DNA of 58,636 bases from Peribolospora baueri (Eukaryota). Where the stretch lies: positions 62,001 to 120,636 of the forward strand of contig JAMDHS010000065.1 in the NCBI GenBank assembly GCA_029717555.1. The letters run 5' to 3'. The notes under the pieces are model-generated. The model was not told the origin of the DNA. It did not search any database and saw only the letters and a list, made by a program, of their open reading frames with translations. Numbering within the stretch: the stretch's first letter is position 1; each line of letters starts with the position of its first letter. This document shows, one piece after another, positions 50,202 to 58,636 of the stretch. The position numbers and the translations under genes are program-made.

Positions 50202-53200
50202 ATGTCCGTCGCAAATTCCACCTCCGCCGCCACCGCCACCCCCGCGCACAACACCCTCTCCGCAGCGCCCCCTCTCCAGCGCTCCCTCTCCGGAAACAGT
50301 GCCTCGGGCAATACGACGGCACATGTGATCGAAGGGGACAACGGACGCATTCTTTGCGTCTCGGATGTGCGAGGTGCGTCTTCGAGGGCTCCTCCGTTCT
50401 GTTTTTGCTTCCCTGTCGAGCCTTTCCGTGAGGGACGACGGCAGGAGAGGGCCGTATAGAGGCACCTCGGACCGTACCTAACTCGTTTCTCTAACCCCCC
50501 TCGTCCACGATTTGATCGCCCTTTTCCCTCCCCCTAACAGGAAACATCAGCATGCTCAACACGCTGGCAGCCGAGCACGACGCCAAAGCCATCATCCACA
50601 CTGGTGACTTCGGCTTCTACGAGCTTTCCAGCCTGGAGCGAATCAGCGATCGGTGAGTCGGCAGGTCGGTCATGCGTCCCATCATCGTCCGAGGGTGGCG
50701 GCCCCGCTGACGTGCCCATATTGCTTCGCACCGCTCCATCGCCCATCTCATTCAGCACCCTCCGCCACCTCGTCCAATACTCCACCCTCATCCCCAACCA
50801 CCTCCGCACCAAGCTCCTCGCTCCCGAGCCAGGCTCCCGTCTTGGCCCTGGGGGTGTGCCGCTCAGCTCGGCTAACCTGCGCCGACAGATCACCTCTCAC
50901 CCTGCGCCCTTACTCTCCGAGTTTCCCATCCTCCTCAACGGCAAGATCAAGCTCTCGGTACCTGTCTACACGGTGTGGGGAGCGTGCGAAGACGTGGCCG
51001 TCCTGGAGCGCTTCAGGAGCGGCGAGTACCGCGTGGACAACTTGCACGTTCTCGACGAAGCCACCACGCGCGTGCTCGATGTGGGCGGAGTGAGGCTCAG
51101 GCTCTTCGGCCTCGGCGGAGCCGTCGTCTTGCACAAGCTCTTCGACAACGGAGAGGGACAGGCTACCATCGCAGGAGGGCAGGGCACGATGTGGACGACG
51201 GTGCTGCAGATCGGGGAGCTCGTTGACACTGCGCAGAGGGTGAGCGATTGGCTTTCACCGAGGCGTTCGCTTCCCTTTGCCTATCGTTCTCGATGACGAG
51301 CGACGAGCTGACGAGAGAGCGTCGTTGCCGTTTCACTCTTCCCATCGTGCCTCTTCGCTTCGGTTTCGACCGTTCGTTCGACGCCTCACAGGTCTATGAC
51401 CCCACCGAGACGCGCCTGCTCATAACGCACGCATCCCCTGGCCGCGAAGGTCTGCTCGCTCAGCTCGCCCTCGCCCTCAAGGCCGACCTCACGGTGAGCG
51501 CCGGACTCCACTTCCGCTACGGCGTGAGCTACAACGAGTTCAGCGTACAGCACGACACGGAGAACTATCGCAACAAACTCGTCAGCGCCAAGGCCGCGTT
51601 CGGAGAGATTTGGGAAACGGTCCGGACGCAGGTGGAGGCTGTCATTGAGTGAGTCGAGTCGAGGGCGTGCGACGGACGGGCATCGCGCGTGCGAGCGAGG
51701 ACAGGACAGGAGATCCAATGTTGACTTTGTTCGCCCGGTGCGCCGTCGTGTCTCTTTTCTAGCGACAACCAGCGCATCCTGCTCAACAACGCTCTGGCGG
51801 TGACGAATCGTGTGCCCCCCCTTTCCACCGCCACCGGCGCGTCCAACGAGGAGCCGGCGTGGAAGAACACGTGGAACTGGAATCTGCCCGACGCAGCATA
51901 TGGCAGTCTCGTCCTGGACATTAAGGACGGTAGGGTCAGCGCCGAGACGAAGAGTCAAGGTGAGCTCACTCGATCGCCGATCGTCGAGTCAAAAACCAGT
52001 TCTTTGATCTCTGCGATCTCGCTCGCTCACGTCTTGGTCTTGTTCCTTTCTTTCCGTCCTAGGATTCAATTTCGCCTATCGCAGAAACAACTCGACCCTG
52101 TCCGCCGTTTCTGCCTCTCCTCTGCCCGCCACCAAGACTGCGCCCAACGCGGCCCCACCGACCGCCGCGCCCGCCGCCGCTCCCACTTCGCCTGTCGTCA
52201 GCAAGGCAGCGGCGGCGCAGCCGGCAAAAGGTCAACAGGGTAAGAAGGGCGCCAAGGAGGCGGCCGTGGACGGCGGCTCGACCGCCGGCGATGCGGACGC
52301 TGTCAAGCCTCCTCCCTCGGCTCCCTCCTCTACAGGCGCGCCGACGCCGACCTCGCGCCGGCCTCCGCGAAACCCGTGGACAATCTTCGTGTCCAACTTG
52401 AACGACGCGCTTCCCGTGTCCGAGGCCGAGTTGCGAAGCTTCTTTGGCCCCGCCGCTGCGGGCATCACCAACGTCAAGCTCGTCTTTGACCATTCGCACA
52501 AGGGCAAGAAGGGCCCCGCGGAGGAAGGCGGGGGGAAGCAGGAGCCGAAGCAGCGAGGGATCGCATACGTCGAGTTTGGGGATGAAGAGGCGATGCAGGA
52601 GGGCTTGAAGAGGGCTGGGGAGACGGTCAAGGAGGGGTGCGTGCCCAAGCTCGTCCAGGCTGATCCGACGAGGATGGGCGGCGCGAGTGGGGGGAAGAAG
52701 GAGGTCAAGGAGGTCAAGGAGGTCAAGGAGGTCAAGGAGGTCAAGGAGGGTAAGGAGGGTAAGGATGGGCGGGAGGCAAAGGATGCGAAGGACGCGAAGG
52801 ACGCGAAGGACGCGAAGGACGCGAAGGACGCGAAGGACGCGAAGGACGCGAAGGACGCAAAAGATGGCCGGGAGACGAAGGAGGGCAAGGAGGGCAAGGA
52901 TGGAAAGGATGGAAAGGACGCCAGCGCGCCTGCCGTTCCCGCCGCTTCGACTCCGACTCCGACTCCGACTCCGACTCCGACGACTAGAGAGAGCGCCGCC
53001 GACGGTGAACCGGCAGCTGCGGCCGAAGAGGGTGCCGCCGGGGTTGGCGCTCCTGGCGGTGGCACCGGTCGTGGTGGGAGGGGAGGCGGACGAGGTGGGA
53101 GGGGCGGAGGAGGTAGGGGAGGTCATGGTAAAGGCAAGGGGAGCGGGGGAGGCACGACGAACGTGAACGGCACTGGTCCTGCCGCTGCTACCAGCGGTGG

Positions 53201-53234
53201 AGGTGGTGGTGGCGAAGGTGGGGAGGCGAAGTGA
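50202..53234 (+). CDS. DUF2433-like calcineurin-fold metallophosphoesterase fused to a C-terminal RRM, charged repeats and RGG tail
   Basis: RILCVSDVRG|N, IIHTGDFGFY, YTVWGACED, LFDNGEGQATIAGGQGTMWTT, ITHASPGREG, SAGLHFRY, WNWNLPDAAYG. RRM TIFVSNL...RGIAYVEF and GRGGRGG repeats at the C-terminus. Confidence 0.85.
52698..52922 (+). repeat. Coding 9-bp tandem repeats encoding (KEV)n(KEG)n(KDA)n(KDG)n
   Basis: aaggaggtc x5 and aaggacgcg tandem units read directly. Confidence 0.95.
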
Positions 53235-53965
53235 GGCGAGGAGAAGTTGCGTCGAGCTCCTCGTTTTGTTCGAAGGAGTCTTCCCCACCCTGGCCACTCT
53301 CTCCCCTCCCATGTGGGCTTTCCTACTCTAATCGTCTCATCTTCCTGATTCCCCATGAACCCGACGGACCTGGTCTCTTAATGCTGAGCTCATTACCGTT
53401 GTCCGTCCGCCTTAAAACGTCGAACCGTCGTCATGCGATCCCGATGATGATCCGGCGCGCGAGCAGGCAAAGTCGGCCAAGAAGCCAGCTTCACCCGCGG
53501 GCTCGGAATCCTTCTTGACTCCCCATCTCGCTATTCCTCTCCTGTGGCCCGTCGCGCAACCTCTTCCCTTCCTTGCTTTTCCTTTTCTTTTTCTTTTCCT
53601 TCCGTCGATCTGATCATCAATGGGAAGAAAACTGTTTCTTAGGAATACCTGTTTTTGTGGTCACGCACGTCCCTCCCGTCCTTCCGTCCGTCTCTTGTCG
53701 CGTACATGTTTCGTCGTCTATTTAGTATGTCCTACACCTTCGTATCCCCGCGTGTTTCTTTTTTTCCTCGTCGAGTCAGAATCCAGATGCTACAATTCTC
53801 TCAATGATGATGCGGTGTGAAGTCGCAACCGTCAGTCAGGCCCCTCGGAGACACGGCGCCGCCTCCTCGTTCACGTCACGCATAGGTACGCTATAAGACG
53901 AGCAAGTGAGGAAGGACGACGACCGTCGGCAAAAAAAAAAAAAAAAAAAGAAAAAAAAAACGAAC

Positions 53966-55491
53966 TCAGGTTGACGGCAATCCCAGCAAGTAACGGCAAG
54001 TGTCCGCAACGGTGTCCTCCCAGGGGCGGAATTTGATGCCAAGCACCTCTTCCGCCTTGTGAGGGTCGACGGCGGCGACGGGCCCTTCCATGTGTGCCCG
54101 ACTCTGCTCGTCCTCCTCGCCGAGCCCAAGCTTCTGTGATTCCACCGAACCGGAGAACTCTGGGTTGCCACGGAGCCATTCCACCACCTCGGCCCAAAAC
54201 ATTCGTCCTCCAGACAGCAGGAAACGTTGGTCGGCCGCCTGGGCCACCTGGATGCCTCGGAGGTGGGCCAGCGCGGCGTCGCGAACGTCGACGTAGAACG
54301 GCATCTTTGTGGGAGGCGTGAACATGGCCCGTGGGTACACTGCCGCCATGAATGACTTGATCGAGCCTCGAACGGAAGTCAGGGTGTGTCGGACCGCCGA
54401 CTGAGGCCATGGTGACGGGCCCTGGGGATCATCACGGCGTATCGGATGAACATGGATGGTATGGTGGTGAAGTGACGTTCCCACACAAAGCGAATTCAGC
54501 ATGACTCTTTTTGCCCACCATTAGCATCGCAGGACACATGACAGTCAGCTCGAAAGGCTTCCCGCTCTTCTCGACAAAGCTCCATGTCGCCCTCTCGGCA
54601 AGAGCCTTTGCCGCTCGGTAGGCCACATCCGGGCTCGCTTTCTTGGCCTGTTCATACGTGACTGGAGCATCGGGTAAAAGATTTCCGTCCTTCAAATCAG
54701 CTTCTGTCGTGTCATCGTAGAAGAGTGACAAAAGCGTCGCTCACTCGGATTCCAATCTATCCTCAGTAGGGACGATGACATGAAGTCGAAAAAAGAGGAA
54801 CGAGCGAACACGGTCATTCCCCCGAAGACTCTTACGAGCGGTCAAGCGTCCGCCGTCGCTCACCCATTTCCGTGAACGTCTTGAGCTTCCACTGGCCACC
54901 TTCCTCCATGACGGCCCCATAATGACTTGTCAGCTCGAACCTCTTCACCGTACCCTTCTTCTTCGCCGCTTCGAGCAGATTCTCAGTGCCCTTGATGGCT
55001 GGCTTGAGCAGGTCACGCTCCACATTCTCCACTTCCTCCGTGTCCATCGGCGATGCAGTGTGTATCACGAACGGCACCTCCTCACCCGCCTTCTCCTTGC
55101 TGAACGCCGACTCGAACGCATGTGGCTTGGTGAAATCGGGCACGATGGAGAAGGATAGCTGGCCGATCTCGACCTCCTTTGGGTGCGCTCGGGTGACCTG
55201 TTGCAGCTTGGCGATGGAGCGCACGACGGCGTGGACGTGGTACGTCGGCTGGCGAGACGCCAGGAGATGGTTCAAGACATGTCCGCCCAGGTACCCTGAG
55301 GCGCCCGTCATCTGAACGGAACGGAACGAGGGGGCGGCGCAGAACCCGTGTCGTGGCGCACTGATGTCAACACGCCCTAGCTCCTCTTCTACCTACCGCC
55401 CTGGGCGACTCGGCCCAGACTGGACTAGACAGCTAAGCTCAGCACTCACGAGCACGTTGTGGTCGACCGGAAAGTCCGTGTTCTGCACCAT
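53966..55491 (-). CDS. Extended SDR / NAD(P)-dependent epimerase-dehydratase (GRE2 / aldehyde reductase-like)
   Basis: HNVL|MTGASGYLGGHV, VIHTASP, LLKPAIKGTENLL, D-W-N-P, YRAAKALAERATW (YxxxK), YVDVRDAALAH. Confidence 0.92.
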
Positions 55492-55787
55492 CCTGTAGAT
55501 AGAGAGAGCTGTGGTCAAGGAAGAGACCGAGGAAAAGAACTTCGGGCATGCTCGCTCATTTCAGGGCCGCTGCCTGGCCCGAAGACTTCGGGGTGAGTAA
55601 GCAAGCGTCAGTGCTTAGACGCGCGCGTCGTCCGCTCATGGGGTTCCCGGTCCTAACTGATCTCGTTCGCATACGTAGAAACAACACGGCGGGAGGTGGA
55701 GATTGACGGGGCTCTATAACCGAGCGGATCGAGAGCGGGTGCTCCGGGAGGTAGGAAATGGGGAGACGTGTTTGAAATCTCCCTCGC

Positions 55788-57586
55788 TCACTTGCCGGCC
55801 TCCTTTTCCTTCCCTTCCTTATTCTTCTTCTTCTCTTCTTCCTCCTTCTTCCTCCTCTCCTCTTCCTCTTCCTCCTTCTTCTTCTCCTCCTTCTTCTTCA
55901 GGTTCTCGAGCACCACGAACCCTTCGCTCCTCTCGTCGCCCTTCCTGGCCTCAACGTCCCCAGACACGGTGCCCTGGATGACCTTGCCGGCGACCCCTTC
56001 ACTCTCAGCGTACGATGAGTCCTCCCTAATCCGCTTACTCCTATCCAGTGCCTCTGCGGCGTTCACGCTAGAAAGACGCGAGCCCGTCGTAGCCACCGTC
56101 CCAGAGTAGTAGTTCTCTCCGCCGAGGGTGAGAAGGATGGAGGCGCCGACGATGGTAGACAGCCAGAACCTGCAAGGGACAAGCAAAACAAGAAATAGAT
56201 GACGAAAGGGCGGGTCGGTCAGGAACGAGCGTCCACACACTCGTATCCACGACTGAATCACCTGTACGTGGAGTACCACCGCGGCGCTGTTCGGCCGGGA
56301 ACGATGCGAAGGCAAGGCGAAGAAGACGGGAAAGCGAATTGGTGAATATCGGCGTCGATCGATCGGCACTCTCCCCGAATTCGCCTCGCCTCATTTCGCT
56401 CGTACGCTCGCCTGCGCCTGCGCCGTGACGATTTGGAGTTAACTACTCACCCCAACCGGCAGTAGTGGCCTTGAGGTCTCCGAGCCACACAGCGACGAAT
56501 GTGGCCCATTGGGCGGCGAGAGCGACTTGAGGGCTCAGGAGGAGAGTGGGCCATGCGACAACGGCAGGAAAGGCGCCGAGCATGTATCGCGGGTGGCCCA
56601 CTTGACCTCCCAAGCGTGCGAATTCAAGGCCCCAGTGGATGGCGCCTGGGAGATGGCGGAGAAAAGAGTCGGTGGAGTGGATCTCGTAGCAGTTAAGAGA
56701 TTAAGGGTGGGCGCTCGCTCACCGAGGAAGGAGAGGATGACCGCGCCGTAGGCAATTTGCACGTTCTCTACATGTAACAGAAGCGCGCTGGCCGTCTCCA
56801 CGTCCTCCGATGCGCCGCCTGGTGGAAGCAAGACGGAAGATAGACGTCGTGAGCATGGGCTCTCCCACCGAAAGGACGAACAGGCGCAGGCTCACTGGCT
56901 GCGGAAATGGCCTGCTGGCGGGCGAGATAGACGGTAGCGAGGCTGGTGGTTAGGTATGGAAGGAGTCCGGCGGCGCCCCAGATGAGCGCCGGACGAGGGA
57001 CTTGGCCTGCCAACTCGGAAGCGATGGTCCTCTAATCGACGAAGCAGGAAAATGAACGGGAAAGGACTCAGAAACGGAGGGCAAGGATCGAGTGCGAAGA
57101 GAAGGGGCGTCGACCGCAAGTCGTGCTCACCGCATCCCTCAGGATTTCCACCTTGCCCGCTTCATGTGGTCCTATCTGGCTCGCACTCTCCACGGCGGCC
57201 TCAGGCCCGGAAGGAATGCCTTTCTTGGCTCCGGAGTCCGAGGAAGAGGATTTCCGGGTGCCGGAGATGGCCTCCTCGAGGCTCTCCCGTACTTGGTCCG
57301 CCTCCTCCTTAATGTTCTTCTTCATGTGGGTAAAATCCTTGGAAGCGGGCTGGCCGGACACTTGGGAGGATGCGAAGCGGTGCTGTTGGAGGCCCAGCTT
57401 CAGGGCTGCGGGCCGCGAAAGAGAAAAGGGGAGAGAAGGGGCGAGCGAGGGAGTAGGAGAGGACACGCTGGGTGAGCAGAGGGCAAGGCGAGCGGCTGGG
57501 GTGAGTATGCGAGCTAGAGCGGGCGGCCTTAAGCCGAACGTGAGGCCTACGGGGGCGCGGAGCGTGGCGGCGGTGGGGAGCACCAT
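55788..57586 (-). CDS. DUF3429 / TMEM69-like membrane protein with predicted mitochondrial presequence
   Basis: Arg/Ala/Leu-rich N-terminus, GAAGLLPYLTTSLATVYLA, QIAYGAVILSFLG|AIHWALEF, WYSTY|RFWLSTIVGASILLTL, and a Lys/Glu-rich tail. Confidence 0.85.
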
Positions 57587-58093
57587 GTCAGGCGGGTTGG
57601 GCTAATCGTGTGTGGTAGGTAGCGGGGGAAACAAAGGACAGTGTCCCGATCCACGTCAGTAGTTATTCCATTCTCGACCGCCGGCAACGCTGCGCTGGGC
57701 TGGTTGGTCGATCGAGGCTTAACGAGTTGGATGCGTCATACGAGCTGAAACGATCGCGAGCGGATCGCAGGCGATCTGAGATGGATGTGCTGCGGCAAGC
57801 CGACAGCCGCAGCCAACGCGGCCCTCGGCGAACCGAGGTGGCTTGCATGTCTTGCGTCGATTCGTTCGGGCCCGCCTTGGCCTCGTTCGAAAGGTCTGCT
57901 CCATAGCGACCAAACCAAGCCGATCTGGTCACAAGCCCCGGTGATGCCATGCGAGACCAAAGTCGGGACGGGAGCCCGCTGGTGAAAGCTTAGTTGAAAG
58001 GGGGCCTGCTTTCGTAGCCAGTTAGTTCTCTGCACTGACAGACGAGCGTGCGGCATGGGGGCAAGGGGAGTGCAACGAGGAATCCGGTGTGAT

Positions 58094-58613
58094 ATGGCGG
58101 CGTCCGACGCTAAAGCTATTCCCAGCGAGAAGGAGGACAGGGCGGTGAGTGGTGAAGACGAGCGGACGGACGGTGGTGGTGGTGGTGGTGGTGGTGAGCG
58201 GACTGACTGGGAAATGACCGAACGTCTGGTCCCGAACGGCTTTCCCTCTCTCGCTGACTCGTCCAAACGGCGCGCTGGAGCACCTCACCGCCACACACAT
58301 CCCTTCCACTTCTCCATCTCGCCCTCCAGTCCTTCGACGATAGCTTGGCACTGGGCCCATTGTGGCCACTGTGGCCGGCCTTGGCGCATCTTGGCGTCCT
58401 GTTTGTCCTTTCTGTCGAACCGGCCCGCACAGACTCTGCGCGCACTGCACTGCACGTTCGCTGCCGCTCGCCGCTGCAGTTGCGTTCCCTGTTCCTGACC
58501 GGCGACGGTCGTGCTCTCTGCCCGTCGCGCTTCTGCCCTCGTCGAGCCAAGAAAGCCAAGAGGTCAAAGTCGAGCTGACACTGAACGATGAGACATCACC
58601 GGAGCCCGACTGA
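58094..58613 (+). CDS. Possible small spliced gene or first exons of a gene (unknown function)
   Basis: ATG exon MAASDAKAIPSEKEDRA followed by a GTGAGT donor and a pyrimidine-rich acceptor at ~58329. The downstream frame is ambiguous. Confidence 0.25.
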
Positions 58614-58636
58614 TCTCGTCTTGACTGCCCGCGCCG

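Noticed and set aside
52059..53312. Long minus-strand ORFs with (LRV)n and (FAS)n repeats
   Set aside because: They are antisense readings of the KEV/KDA repeat exon.
53930..53960. A-rich tract suggesting a retroposed element tail
   Set aside because: It is a T-rich stretch just 3' of the minus-strand reductase stop, with no target-site duplication or element body.

Overview
Intron-rich, GC-rich fungal genomic DNA, most consistent with a basidiomycete (inferred from GT..AG introns with CTRAC/CTAAC branch sites, fungal-type gene families and C/G-ending codons). About 18 spliced protein-coding genes can be reconstructed by hand: the 3' end of an FAD monooxygenase, two convergent division-1 chitin synthases, two SDRs, an Ecm11-like protein, Ypk1/Gad8 kinase, V-ATPase subunit c, a Vip1-like RRM protein, an R3H-associated protein, a TCD1/2-like ThiF protein, a divergent VOC dioxygenase / FAH-hydrolase pair, a probable GPI-anchored Cys-rich protein, a DUF2433-like metallophosphoesterase-RRM protein, a GRE2-like reductase and a DUF3429 protein. 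The standout is a compositionally distinct block at 26.2-32.0 kb. Its scattered ORFs join through 12 phase-compatible introns into one ~1600-aa ORF containing a 12x9-aa minisatellite, a duplicated unknown domain, two RRMs, an F-box-like motif and an LRR-like C-terminus, which suggests an RNA-binding SCF substrate adaptor. No tRNA, rRNA, CRISPR array or transposase was recognised. Exon boundaries are manual predictions, and family assignments come from motif recall, not from database searches.
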